A stretch of DNA of 64,000 nucleotides from Mizuhopecten yessoensis. Lineage: Eukaryota. Numbering within the stretch: the stretch's first letter is position 1; the number at the start of each line of letters is the position of its first letter. Position numbers and translations under genes: made by a program. Below the pieces are notes generated by a model. It was not told where the DNA came from. It did not search any database and saw only the letters and a program-made list of their open reading frames with translations. The stretch covers positions 243,508-307,507 of the forward strand of contig NW_018408148.1 in assembly GCF_002113885.1 (NCBI RefSeq). The letters run 5' to 3'. Below, piece after piece: positions 21,349 to 36,394 of this stretch.

Positions 21349-24300
21349 GTATATTTGTATGATGAACACCTGTGTTGGAATGTTGTTGGAATGTTATTGT
21401 TGACCCTTGCATCCCTCCAGTTTTGTAATTGAACCAGCGTCCAATGAAGTTGGGTAAAGTCTAAGTGTTCTTAAGGGGCAGCAGGGTAGGTTTTCTCGCC
21501 ACTCTGATAAATGTTCAAATGAAAGCGATAGATGTTGCCATCATCTCTTCCCCATGTGACAGTTTACACTGGGTACTTGTTAAAGTGAATTGTATTATAC
21601 TGCCAGGCTTTATGTGAAAAAAGGGACGGATTTCTAGGCCAGTGTAACTTTGGGGAAATGCACAAAGAAGTTATATTTGATAAAGAGTTGATTTTAAGGT
21701 TGTCTTGGATGAATATGCACTTCAGGTTTGTGTTTGAAAGGGGGTTTCTAAGAGAGTTTTGATATATGAGTTATCTCCCTTGAGTGAACATTTTTATAAA
21801 TGGATATAGTTGAGAGTACAGAAGACTTTTGAATTTTCATATAGATTTATATTTTCAAAGTATACATATCGTTTCTACTTAAATGTCGGATCAAAGATTT
21901 TCTTCAAATTTTACAAATTATTTTATTTATTATTATTTACCTACTGTACAGTATATTTCGTTTTTAAATGACACATTCCAATGTAAACTTGTAAAAACCT
22001 TACATTTTTGTCAAAAACAGATACTTAATTACCTTGTTGGACTATTCAATTGAACATATAAAACTCTTATTTAATTTTACTTCGTTAATCTTTTCTCTTT
22101 AGACAATAAACTTGCTATTCCTATGGAATAGAACAAACTTGAATCTCAATGCATCATTTTCAAAAGTGCTAGATTTTTTGATTCAATGAGAACATCTTCA
22201 GGATTAATGCTTGTGAAAGCATTAAGCATTATGATCTATTTTGAAACGAGAATGTAGTTAAAAATTGATAGAAAGTAGCTGAAGATAATTACGGTTTTAG
22301 TTATTCCATTTAATGATAGGTCATTTGGCATGATATTATAATTAAGACATTTTAAGTTGCTATGTTTGTCTGAAATTTATTTGTCCGCCATATTTGCATG
22401 GATTCATCGTTAAATAATTTGTCAGTTGAGTATGTAAGTACTTGTCAATTCAAAATGTTTTCTAATCAGGTAGAATTTTTTTCATGTTGACTAAAATGCA
22501 TCCGATTTGTGTTACATGTAGTTAAAAATAAGCACGATCAAAGACTGTTTTTGTTAAAATTCGTTATTTTGTATGTCTTGCACATGTTTGTTGCATGGTT
22601 GTGAAATTTTTGCTAGACAACTGTCTAGTATATGTTACTGTACATTATAGATTTTTAGATAGATTTAAATCAAATATAGAATTAAATTCAATCCTAGAAT
22701 CAAATTAGCTTTTCTGTTTTCCATTTCCAGTCCATATTTTTAAAATTTCATTTATAGGCATTAAAGTGTTAGAATAGGACGGTAGCATAATTGTAGAAAG
22801 TGATTTGTACAGAATTTAAAAAATTTGATATCAAAATATTTTTGTAAATATTTATGGTTTATTTACTATTTACTTAACAACATTTATTATTAATTATGTA
22901 TACAGAAATCAGTGTCAAATGTTTAGAATTCATTACACATTGAACACATTCCATTATGCTTATCTGTTATCACATAAATCATTGTCAGATATTAATTTTA
23001 GGGACATTTTATTTTAGAAATTTTAATTTTAAGTCTTTTGTAAATATTTTTTTCCTCTTTCTTTTTTTAAGCCAACATTATAACAATAATTGACATCATA
23101 AATGATGTGTAAACTTTTTATCGATACAAATATTTTTTTTAAGCAATAAAATTGGCATAATTTCTCATGTATTTCATTTGTGATATTAATATGCAAATCA
23201 TTCAAAAGTTTTTCAGTTTTTAATCTATTCAAACACAACGTCCGAAAAAATAAGATCACAGATTTAATTTGAATAATACTCTTTCATTATATAGTTACAA
23301 TGCATCAGAATATTCTTCAGATTTGCTACATGTACAAATGAAACTTTTAAATATAATAACCTATATTTTGTAATATATCTCCGATTTCCATTTCAAACTG
23401 TTAATATATATCATATATCTATTATTTTCCTCACACGTTCATAACCTCACATTATCGTATATAATTCCATTTCATTTCATCTGATACTGTCTATTAACCA
23501 TGTATAACTAGCTAGAAATGAATCTCTTTAAGCAAAATTGTATAAATTCTTTCCATAATATGTCAAATTGTCATATTTATATTATTTTTGCCAGAATAAA
23601 CATTCCTTTTCTGAAAACTTTCGCATGTGTGTTATATATATATAATTTTACACATACTGCAAGCTCTTACCTTTCTTACGCATAGCAAAAAATAACAATT
23701 TAAAAACTTTAGAATTTTAACTTTATTCTGTTTTTCTTTTTATTTCATAAAAAAAAAACAATTTCTGATTAACTTTTTTGAAAAAAAAATTTAATTTCAT
23801 ACTTCTTTATTTCAATTGCTAGATTGCAATTTGATTTTCAGACTTTTTACAATTTCTCTGCGTTTAACTGTTGAGCTTGTAGTCTGATTTCCGTGTGCAT
23901 GGCGGTGGGGATGAGGCTTTGTGCGTTGGTCCTCCCCCCAGCTAACCATGTCCTCCCATCCCGACCAATGGACGTCTGTTTAAGGAGTGAGGGAGGACAG
24001 AAACAACGCAGTTGTGCATTCTTGATGCTTTGTGTTCTTCTGCGTCAAAATACACAACTCAAGTCAGACCCTTTATACTTCTGGCCAATCTGAATATCCT
24101 AATACAGTTGGGAATATTGATGAACATTTAATAAACTGTTTTAACCTCAATATATTGGGATATAAAAACAAAACTGTTGCATTTGATTGAAAATCTTGAT
24201 ACAAAAACAGTGAAAATTTTGAGTAGCAATTTAACTCATTCACCCCTGATATTTCATAAGGAACTATTTCAACCTTTGAATTGGAAGAGTTCAAATGTGT

Positions 24301-27300
24301 TTTTTTTCAGGGGTGAATGTGCTTAAAAGATATGTAAAGATCTAGTGTTGTGTTTGACTTGAGTTGTGATTCTGTTCTGAAGTAAACACTTCTTTTTCTA
24401 ACCTTGCAGACCCCTTTGTTTAAAGTACTTCTCTTCAATAGCCTTCATTTTCATTTGCACATCATCATCAATGCACAGCTAGCAGATATCTAAATTCTGT
24501 TAAAGGGAGATAACTACTGACATAGGTAATTGTGGAAGGAATAATGAGAATTAAAATTATTTGAGTTATCTCCCTTGAACAGAATTTTTGACCATGCTTA
24601 GTAGATTTAACAAAATGGTAGTCAAGTTGCACTGCTCTTGTCCACGGAGACCTGTTACCATGAAAAATGCCAAGTACTCAAGTGTCCTGGAAGCAAATCA
24701 AAATCAGTCAATGATTCAATTCATTCTAACTGACCTTTAACCTGATTCCTTTATGTGACCTTTTGACCTAATTTAACTGACTTATTCAACCTCCATACTA
24801 ATACACTGAGAGTAAGATTCAAATGTATTTAGCAACATACACCAGAAGAAATTTCTTGTGAACAATAAAGGAATGAAATAGGTTTGAGTGCATGTATAAA
24901 ACATTCTACATTTATCATGAACAGGAGAAATCATATGACGGCCATATAAAAAATTCATAAGAGACAAACGCTGTTATGACTCGAATATTTTAAGCATGTG
25001 AATGATGAATGATTGTTCTACAAACAAAAGAATTTGTCCTGGATGACTGAAACCTGCATTTTGATGTCAAACATTTACAGGGGTCAGGGGTTAATCTAGA
25101 GACTACAATTCAGAGGTCAATGGTCATACTGGAAAGGAAGACAAAGATTTGTGTGTCTGTCTACAGTAAAACAAAAGATGTGTTCCTTAATAATTAAAAC
25201 GATACGAAATTTTGATAGAATTCCCTATATAATTGTCTGTAAAACACACAATGTATATTACCAATACAAAAAGATGTTACAAGACAAAGTCTTTTGAATC
25301 TATTAAACATTCATGTACCATATTTGACCATATAAAACCCCATCCCTGAGAAGCACTCCTTTTTTCCCTTTTGATGTTTCCACTCCTTTCCCCAAAATTT
25401 ACAAACTTACTTTGAAGACAGGATATTGTTATTGCCAACAGTTGTAAGACTCTTAGAAAATTCTGTGTTCCAAAGTTTCTAAGTGCACAGAGTACGTTAT
25501 ATACCAGAAAAAAATAAGCATCATATGCCAAAAATATCAAATTTCCATTCAACTACCTATTTTGATTGGACATCTAAATTATGTTAGTAATTTTGATAAA
25601 TCTCCATGAAGACCTATAAAAATATCAGATATATAAAAGTGTAAAATATCAATACCTTTCAAACAATTGTTAATTACTTATTTTAAAAAAACTAATGTTA
25701 TAATAGCTATTTCATTTATCCTTAAAGCTGTTCTGCAATATTTACCAGGAAATATTGACATCAAATTTCACAAGCCAGTAATTATCCTTATATGCTTCAA
25801 CCAATTGGAAAATTGATTTAAAAATATCCACAATAGCCCTGTCAATTATGCTATCATATACACACAATGCATGCATTCATACATCTGCAGGTGAGAAGAT
25901 TTTTTTCCCACTTAATGATTTACACAGAGCACACAGTATGATACCTGTCAGACTTTCACCTGTATAACATACCTTTCAGGTGTGTAACGAGCTTAGGGGA
26001 CAAGTCATGTGATCAATGATTGACTTTAGTCAACACTTGTGATAGGGAAATCATCAGCTCTTACCTGTATTACACACCTGAGGGCCTTACACATAATCGC
26101 ATATTATCGTCATGGTTTCCGATTTCTCCTTATCCAGTATTAATGTCCAGCAGGTATTTGACGAGGCTCCACATGAGAGAGCCACATACACACTCGCATA
26201 GCTTAATCATCACTTCTCTCTTTGTACCTTTAGTATCTACCTTGACAGTCAGGGGAGGGTCAGATTACCCGAGTTTGTTGATAAACTGATAAATAATATA
26301 AACTTGTTGACAACATTATTTTAATACAGGTAGCTAGAATATTTTTCCCAGTGACTGGGATTTTTTTCTTTTGTGAATATTAATGTTACAAATTAGATTT
26401 ATTTATTTTTTACAAGAAATAAAAAACAGTTATTTAGAAACAAAATTACAACCACCTACAAACAATTGAATTAACCCCATTTACAAGGATTAAAACACAT
26501 TTGGAGCTAAGGGGAACCCTTTGCGTACCTCAGATGAAATATAAAGATTACAATATCTTAAGATGTTTATCCTAAGCTGTTCAAGGGTACATTAGGACAT
26601 CTGTACATTAGTTGTTAAAGGGAGTTTGAAAGTCATTCATTCATTAGAATTGCAAATGAAAATTTGATCCTCCAACGATTTTGAAGGTCATAATCCGTAT
26701 CATTTCCTTTCGCTACTTAAATGTCTTTTTCTCGAAACACTTGTTTTCACAGTTAGAAGGTTTGTCAAAGGTTTTACAAAAGATATCTACAACATTCTTC
26801 ATACAAGAAAATACACATTTGAACTAGTAAAAGTATAATCCATTTAATTCGATTTACTTTTATATCCGTTAACAAAATACTTGGGTGCAATAAACCCGTA
26901 GATTTATGAAACAGACTATAAAAATGCCCTAGTACATTTACTATGGGACAAAAACGTGAAAATGCATCCCTGTGTCTGTCTGGGGCCTTATCTTTGAGGG
27001 TCTACATGAAAACCCTAAAGCCATCAGACATTGATTTTAACTTTGTGCCCACTTGACTGAAATTGAGGCCAAAACAGCTAAAATAACCAGCTTTTTATGA
27101 AACTCATATATTTGCACACATTGTTTCCCTTTTTAGTGATTAAAAAATGAGATTTTAGCTTATATCTTAACAATTTTACTAATGCCATGTTTTCTGAAAC
27201 AGACTATAACTCACTAGGCACTTATATGTGTGTGCTTGATTACTAATAACGATAATATTTATCATTAATTAGATATGAGCGTCCGGCCGGCCTTTGTGTC

Positions 27301-30300
27301 GCCCAGGTATGGTGTATTGAGGTATTTAACAATATACAACTCTATCCCGTAACTCCTTTATCTGTCTGACCCCTAGGGGTCAACATACCAGCATGTTAAC
27401 AGTGTCACTACAATACTCAATACTGTCCTGGATAGAGTTACATAAAACAATCGTAAAAATAGTTTAAATCTTTTGATCTTTATCTCTGAAAAGCTTTTAT
27501 TGTTAAAATTGTGTATTTGTTGACAATTTTTTTATTGTGTACAAATATGTTATTTCCACATGAAAACATTTACAAGTTATTCAATAATGACTATTGGAAT
27601 TTCTGAATAGAGTTAGGATAATATAGTGGTATAGGGTTAGGTGAGGTATGGCTCCGTATAATATCATTGTTTATTGATATGTTTATTTCCTATGCAGTTA
27701 GAAAAAAAAAAGGATATTTTTCATTTTCAGATATTTCCTATTTATGATATTTACTAATTAAATATAAATATTACGACTTGAATAGTATTGTTTTTAATCT
27801 TTTCCTACATCTTTCGTATTTTTCATGATTCTTTATTCTCCAAAAGTCGAAAAGAAAGGGGTATATACAGGGGGGTATAGGAGTCATTTAAAGAGGCACT
27901 ATAAGGGTGTATGTTGGGCATTTAAAGGGGTACTTTGGGAATTATTGTTGACATTTAAAGGACACAATGGGATATAATTAAGGAATATATGATTTAAATT
28001 ACAAAAGGATATTTAAACAGTCTTAATAATTTTCACTGATAGAAAGAAAAGTATACAACACCTTCAGTTGAAGCATATGTTTGTAATATTAGTAATTAGT
28101 AATAAAAGAAATGTACATGGTTTTAGTGTAATTGGTCCAATATGTCCAATATTTCTAAAACATTCCTAAGTGAATTAAGTGATGGTACATGTGATTTGTG
28201 AAGGAAATATTTGTTAAAGATTGTAAAATGTATTTTGTATAATGATTGCAGTATGGGATTGATATAATAAAGTCTGTTTTTGTGTCTCGTGAAGTAAAAG
28301 GGGGTGGGATTTATCGTGAAAAATGGGAAGGAGCGGGGGCGATATCACCAATTCACTGATGTGTAGAGTATATATAGCTAGTACCTAAATGTTTTGTCTG
28401 ATTAGAAAATTCAGAAAAAAATTGATAGCTCTTAAGCAAAATGGTTAGTTAAAATTGAGACTAAAACTATAAAATGATTTAATTTGCTGTAAAAGTTATA
28501 ATAATTTTAACATTCACAAGAAATATATGGGAGACATCAATTAGATGGAAATGGAAAAAAAAATGGAGAATATGTTTCAAATTAAAAAGTGAATTCAATT
28601 ACAAATAATTATTTTATAGCCAAAGCTATGTTTAAAAAATTATATTGGTCTGCTAAAGTGTTTTTGTTTTATCTGTAACAAAGGTGGGTTATATACAGAT
28701 TAATACATACTTAAGAGAATTCTACACTAAATCACCAAGTATACATTCAAAACAAGGTCGGAGAGGCAGATGGACTTTTATAAGAATTTATAGAACAAAA
28801 TCAAGTTTGGACACCGTCAAAAGTTATCATGGTAGTGTACTAGGAATCCAATCTCCTGAACAAGCTTATATCTCCAGTTAAAAAGGACCTGTGGTATAAT
28901 CCCAGATTTAGGGAATCTTTGTCGAGTATTTTTGGTAAGAAGATTGGAGCTTTGTCGGTCATTGGTGTCTGTTAAAGATCATGTTCAAGTCATTGACAAC
29001 TTAATTGGACAAATGCATTATTTGTCCATGTTAGATAATGCTAATTGATGTTTATAATTAAAAGTCTATGCATAAATATTTTAAAATAATTTCATGGTGA
29101 CTAAAATAAAAGTGCCATTTTTAAGTTATTGAGATGGTTAATTAAAACAAATAACATCTTCCAAAATTTGTTTAGTGGTGGTTAAGCTAACAATACGTAA
29201 ATACGTCATGCCCAGACTTTTCACTGCTAGGGTTTTAGTAAATGGGGAGAGAGTGATTTAGAAAATGGCTTTTTAGTGTAAGGAACAAGTTAGAGTAGGG
29301 AACATCATGTACGGAGACTATAAGGGAGGAACTATGAGATTTATTCAAACAGGATAAAATGATATTTTGAAGTTATGAAGAAACGGACAAGAATTCCCAG
29401 GACAGGGATGTGATTATGAAGTGAAATTTTAAATATTCGTTGAGGAAATGATTTGAACAGAGTTATGTTTGTGGTGAAAAGGGAAATATTTGGAATTTAC
29501 CTGAAACAAAGTGATGGCATATCAAAATTTCCAAGGAGAGAAATTTTAACAGCATGTTGTGGAATTGATTATAAAATTATGGTTGTGATAGGTTATTTTC
29601 AACAGCTCCAATGTTTTGGTGTATTTTTTCAGGAAATTTATGGATTTTAAAATCAGGAACACAGTCTAGTATCAGGCTTAAAGAAATAATGAGGCAATTG
29701 ACCCAGAGTTAAAGTTGATGGGGATAACATTGTAGTGAATTTATGGTTTCAATTATTGAGAATCGAAGGGCTAATTGATTGATGGAGCCCACTGATCTGT
29801 TGCTACAAGATTCAGAAGCTGATATCTTAATTAGCACAGTATTCCCAATTATCTATGGACTGGAAAATCGTTATGATGCAGTTAACTGTTGTCTACATGT
29901 GAGATCTGTGCCGAAGGTACTGATAGTACGCTAGGGCACCCCTATGTTTGTGTGCCATGGGTTAGTATGTATATACAATAAAAGATTTCAGGGAGGGACG
30001 ATTGATTTGATCCGAGCTTATCAGGGCGAGTTGTCAGTGCGTTTTTGGATGGCCATGGCGGGGAATACCTGACCAGAGTTTACGATAAATCACTGTGTCT
30101 GTCTATTTGGAACTTTGTATTGCCTACAATGTTTTTGGTGTAGTTAAATTGTGGCCATTAGTTTGACCTCCAACTTTCAGCTTCTTCATCCAGATTGACA
30201 TTCCAGCAACTTTTACCGATCAGAATGGATTGTGTTCTGTTGTTCTGCCCAGAAGTATTTAGGCATTGGCAAAAACAACCTAAATAATGAATTTTCAGTA

Positions 30301-31144
30301 GATGTTTTTTAACTCAAAGACGAATTTCTGGCCAGATGTTTAAGAGTTGGCATGAGGACTTGTTAGAAATGATGCAAAAATATTGTTGCCACATGAGTTA
30401 GATTCTATGGTATTGGTATAGTAAATAATGATGTCAGTATCTTACTGTGTCTACAAGGGATCGGAAGGTTTAAAGACGAGGTCGTGACCCCGGGAGATAG
30501 TAAATTACCTTTATTGATCGTAAAGTTTGTTTGTTTTTTCCATCAAAGTTGTAACGCGTTGGATTTTATCAAGAAACAGTGTGTCTCTCTATCATACTAG
30601 TGGAAAGCAGAGAATATAAATTTGTGAAATGCAAATTTTGGAAATTGATTTGATTGGATGTTGATTTCGTCAGTGGAGTGTTGAAATGGAACGCTTGAAG
30701 ATCTAAATGGAGTGTAATTGGCTGAATTTGTTTCTCAAAAGAAATAATTATTTTTTGTGCACAATTTTAACAGCAGTATTGTAAATAGATTGTTACATGT
30801 GAAGAAAGACAATTATGTGTCAGTTAGTGACTTCAGTGATAAATGAAAATTGATGCGAGTTTTTAAGGGTTACTATTCAAGACAAAAAGTTGTGTTATTA
30901 TTTGAAATCTAGCCAAGTCTGAGTTTGTGAAATGCATGTAAAATATGAAAGTGTGCATAGGGATGACTTCAACAAGATCAAAATGATGAAGGATTCAGTT
31001 TTATAACGGAAAATATTGCATCAGTTTGATGACGCCACATTCCAGTGTTTGTATATTATAACTGATTGAGTGTGTAAACGCTGCGAGAGAATCATTCCGC
31101 AGTTATTTATTCATACATGGACTATATTTGTGTGAAACGCTACC

Positions 31145-31223
31145 ATGAGGAGGGGTAGAACTTATATAACTATCGTCAGCAATGCTAAGATTGAGGATAT
31201 AGTTCTTGGATATATCAACTATG
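31145..31223 (+). CDS. Candidate alternative first coding exon (MRRGRTYITIVSNAKIEDIVLGYINY)
   Basis: accATG after an in-frame stop; consensus G|gtaagt donor in phase 1 matching exon 34974. Confidence 0.45.
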
Positions 31224-34200
31224 GTAAGTCTTAATGAATTCAAACGAAAATTGTCCAAAAACATTGTAAATTTGTGTCAAAGTTTTTGCACATTTTGATT
31301 TTTAAGTGCAAGTTTTTGGTATGGGTTGGTCCAGCTTGAATTTCTGTTTTTGTCAAGTTTGGAGTATTCTTTTGAAATTGCTGTTTGAAATATTATTCTC
31401 TAAAATCTACCTACCTTCAGTTATTAGTCTGCTGTATCTTGTTAATGAAGGGAGCTTTAATTTCTTTTAAAATCCAAAGGAAAAGTATACCGTTTGCTTT
31501 TGACATTCAGATCCTTATCACAGAATTGATCAATTAACTGTTAAGATAAAACCAGGGGATTCTAGAGTGTTAAAAATTGAACGAAAATAGATAAAACTTT
31601 AAAAGATATGGTTACACTCTATAATTTATTGGAAATTGATGTTAGAGATTTTTGTACAGGTGATCAAAGTCATGTTTTAACAGAAAATAAAAGTGGCTGG
31701 GAGGTAAGACCAAAGTCTATTTAAATAGAAACTTAAAACTTGAGAAGGAAGTTCAAAGTATATTTTCTACTAAAATTTGAAGGTTGAGACATAGGATCAA
31801 AGTTGAAATGGGAGGGGGACCCCTAAAGTTAATATAAATGTCTGTTTATTTACATGTGAAAATAAACACAGGCCTGCTATGTGCTGTATGGCTGTGATGG
31901 CCCTCAGTAGGTAACCATATAGAGCTATACTGCTCTGTTTATTTAGGACAGTTTTATGGTGCTCCATTTTACTACTATATCATCATATATATGTGTAAAC
32001 AGTTTTTATAGATCCACAATGTGTAGACAGGTTTAAATAGAGGTGTAACTGCCCCATAAAACTATTAGGGAAATTATTGTAGGTCAGTCTTTTTTATTCT
32101 GTGTACTGGTTTAAATTATCTCAAGATATATTAAGAAGAAATCGTGGCACAATTACCAAAATCGAAATTGAAAAAAACACCTTTTATTAAGATGTGTTTC
32201 TTAGAAGTATTTTGTGATTACTGTTGCCCTTTATCATTCTACCTCATACATCCTTCCACTCCTCTCCCTCACTTTCACCCTCAGTATCACCTCTGTCCCC
32301 ACCCCCTCTTCCTTTTCTCTGTCTCACTTCACCTCCCTGCCTCTATCTCATACTCCTCCCTCCCCCAACCCACAGTAGATGGAATCTACCTTCTCCCTCC
32401 CTCCTAGTAGATGGGCCGAGGGAATCTTCCTCCCCCAGACTACTACACAGATATTGCTCCCCCACAGGGCCAGTAGACATTAACACCCCTCCCTCCACTG
32501 TAGACAGACAGGGCTGTTCAAACATGTTGGCTAGATCTTATCTGTTGTCAGTATACTTACAGTCGGATAAAACAAGGATAATTAGCTAATCCGAAACTGA
32601 TCATATATCATGGTATGTGGCCATTGAATGTCCAGTCTGGTCAGTTTTAGGAAACTTATTTACATAAATTTCCTTCAAAAAATATCATATTTACCAGCTC
32701 TGTCCTAAAAAGACTGACCAATAAAAACAAAACTCTTCATTTTTTTTCCCTTCAAAACAAATATTTAATTTTGCACAACATTTACAAACCTGTAATATTT
32801 CCATTGTATTGGCCTAACAAGGCTCAAAGTCAATATCTCGGGTAAAGGGAAAGGATTATAAAAACAAATATAGAAAAACAGACAGTACACTTTCAGAGAT
32901 GAATAGTTGGCTTAAGGTTTACACTGGATTTAAAGTTAAGCAGATTATAACAGGTATGTAGTGTATTATAAAGGTAAAGTGAAAGTAGACAGTATAGTAT
33001 GACTTGACACATTAGGCAAGCCTTATCTAGATTTATATTAAAAAAAAATATTGTCGTCAAAAGTTTTGATTCAAATTCACACATTTAAAAAAAACTGTGC
33101 AGCATCCTTTTTTTCTACAGCAAACGTTTAATAGTAAATAAAAGCAGCTTGGTTAATACATATAAACAAACACGTCTTTATTGTGAGAATTACATGTATA
33201 TATCTAAGCTATTATTACAGGCCCCTGTGTAGGTACAAATGTAACACATGGGAAAAAATGAAATTTATTAAGTTCATGTGTGGGAATTGTCAATTGGGTG
33301 TGAAATCCATTACTTTGTTGATGGGAGAGGCTGAGGGGGAGTCTGGAGGGGGAGAGGCTGAGGGGGAGTCTGAAGGGGGAGTCTGGGGAGAGAATGGCTG
33401 GGATTTTTATACACCATAATGGCTACATGTTAATTAGGCCTTAGACAGACAGATCACACATTAAACTAATGTGGACTTATCTCACAAATCTCCTTACATA
33501 TGTACAACACATGTACTGTATATATTTAGCTACATCATACAAACCAACTCTGTCCCATACCTTGTACCCTGGAGATTTTCTTCCCCTGAAGATTTATTGT
33601 AATCATATTATCATCGGTTGGTTTATGGTTAAAGCAACTAATTTGGTGAAATAATAATATAAATAGCTCACAAATATTTATTTAGATACATTTGAATAAA
33701 CGATGTATTTACTTTTCATCATTTCGCAAATTCATAACCTGGCAAGGAAGTCATTTGAGGGATAACCGCAAAAATGTTTATGATCAAAAAAATGTGATTA
33801 GCAGAACTCTGAATAAATTATTTGACTTTTTGAAATTATCAGAATCATTCATATTTAGTAAAATCAATAATTGAAGTAATGTGGAAAACAAAACAAATTG
33901 ACGTTTCAGGTATGATGTTTTGACATACATTGTACATTCAAGGTCGTTTGTAGGGCACGGCCCTGGTTGGTACTAGATAAGTGGTTCTACATGTATACAG
34001 CATCGGTCAGATTAAGTGGTCAGTGACTGGACCTTCAACTGGACAGTTGTGATCTGTTTGGATAAAAAGTAAACTTGAGTCAGAAACACTTACAGTCAGA
34101 GCTTGACCAGTTGGTAGAAGTTGAGTCTGGAAAGGATGGACTGTAAAAATAGAATTCTAAAGAGTCTGAGTGTAAGACAGGTGTGATATATCTTTCTGTA

Positions 34201-34973
34201 AGTTCTCAGATCCTAGCTGCCTGTTCCCTTTCATAAAAAGGCAACACCAAATTTATTTCTTATTACTGAAAAATCCACTGTCCAGAAAACTCTCTTTAGA
34301 TATTATAATCTTCTGTCTTGATTTAAGAACTTTTATTCTAGTTTATTCTATGATGTCTCTATTTTCAGTTTTTCTATTCTGGACAGGTCCTTTTAGTTCA
34401 CAAAATTTAGGAAAAGTTTGGTTTTATGTTAACTTTATAGGTATAAAGACCTTAAAAAGCATGATGATTTTCAAACCTTCAGCATGGGATTTTGCAATAC
34501 TGCATTTTCAGAATGAAAAATACTTTGGCAGAATGAAGAACTTTATTATAATTATAGGGCACATTTAAATAACAATGAACTTTAACTTTATATTATGCAA
34601 TTGTTTAATTTTTGAGTCTGCAGTGTAGAGGAGCTCTATTGACTCCTGTATTGGAAACAAACTTTAACTTTGTATACCTGGACATTTTTGTCGCAGTTTC
34701 GCCTTTTTCGCTCTTTGTAATGAGAATGCATGAATTCACCAAGAGAGCAAATACTAGTAAACAATATTATATATATATAGTAAATATATGCCAAGGATGA
34801 AATTAACATGGATTTCAATGGCAAAGCGAGAAATATACAGTATTTGATTACCATTTTTTTTTTTTTTAACAGTTAATCAATATTTATTGATCTACAGTTT
34901 GTTAGGAAGGGACCAGACATGTACAACAGTTGTAACTGATTCTGTATGTAGCTTTGTATTTTGTATTGTATAG

Positions 34974-35068
34974 GAACCAAGAAAGTGGAAACAGTGGAGG
35001 AGACCGCTGTTATCAAACCTGAGAAAGGACACGCCCCTGAGTTTGTCCTCAAGATCAAAACACAGACG
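34974..35068 (+). CDS. Linker/Ig start exon (TKKVETVEETAVIKPEKGHAPEFVLKIKTQT)
   Basis: tatag / gtaagt. Confidence 0.85.
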
Positions 35069-35510
35069 GTAAGTGATTAATTAAAGTTGGACCTTTGTAG
35101 TTAAGATAGTATGAATTAAAAACCAAATACCCAGATAGTGACTAGTTTATGAAGTTTCACATGCCTTTGGTCCTATGCAATATTCGTATAATTATATTTT
35201 TTTCGAATTTACAAGCTATTTATTGAAGCAGAGTTTTGTGGTACATACATCTGCCAGTATGAAAAAAATTGGTAAGTAACTGTTATTATTTACAATACTT
35301 ACATTTTATTTGTTAGTCGCACTGCCAAAACAAAAGCCACAAAAAATGTAATTAAACAGCAAATATTTTAAGTGATACAGTACAAAAACATTAAAAATGT
35401 TTTTACCAAGATTTACTTAAAATTGCATGTATACCCCTGTATAGTACTGAGATGATGTTCAAATCTTACTCTTCAAATTAGCAACATCGCAATTTGATTT
35501 TCTTCCACAG

Positions 35511-35751
35511 ATTACCGAAGGTGAAACAGTTGACTTTAACTGTGAAGTGATCGGCGAGCCCAAACCCGACCTGCACTGGCTGTGTAACGGCCACGAGCTC
35601 ACAGAGGAGGGTAAATACATGGTGTTCGATGACGAAAAACTTCACCACCTCGAGGTTTATGACATCACACCCGAGGATGCTGGGAAGTATGCCGTTGAGG
35701 CAGAAAACAAATTCGGCAAAGTCACCTGTACAGCTGAACTTCAAGTTACAG
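35511..35751 (+). CDS. Ig exon (ITEGETVDFNCEVIGEPKP...LQVT)
   Basis: cacag / gtaaat. Confidence 0.9.
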
Positions 35752-36079
35752 GTAAATTGTGTAAAAACTATCTCATTCTATTCATAATTTTGGTTGCCTT
35801 TGGTACATGCAATTTCATTATATTTTCATGGTTATGAATTCAAGGTAACTCTTAATGATGAACATTCCTGTTATTATTTATGAAGTCATCAATCACTGTT
35901 TTCCTATTAAATATAGAACACTGTTTCTGATGACATCATCAATAAATGTGCTTTATTAAAAAGAATTGTCTTTTCTTGATGAAAAGTCTTTGATATATTG
36001 TGCTTCGACATGTCAATGTTTAATTTTCAGCTTAAAGTATAGAATTTAGAAATTTAAGTTTTTACATTTTCTTTTAAAG

Positions 36080-36394
36080 CTAAACCAGTTGAAGAGGTGA
36101 AGGAGCTTGAAGCACCTAAATTTGTGGTTGAAATACAGACGGTTGAGACAACTGTCGGAGAAAAAGCAACATTCACTTGTCGTGCAACTGGTAAACCCAC
36201 ACCAGAGATCCTGTGGTATAAAAACGACAAAGAAATCACAAAGACCGACAACCGATTTACAATCCAATATGGCGAAGACTGTGAGTCGTCACTTCTCATC
36301 GTTGACGTTCTGCCAGAGCATGATGGGACATACACTGCCGAAGCCAAGAACGAGGCGGGCACAGCCAAATGTAAAGCAGAACTCTTCGTTGAAG
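36080..36394 (+). CDS. Ig exon (KPVEEVKELEAPKF...LFVE)
   Basis: taaag / gtaagc. Confidence 0.9.

Noticed and set aside
21360-21365. Selenocysteine or read-through at tandem TGA
   Set aside because: No SECIS-like element identified and no Ig-like coding continuation
32144-32589. Pro/Leu/Ser-rich ORFs
   Set aside because: C/T-rich low-complexity intron sequence
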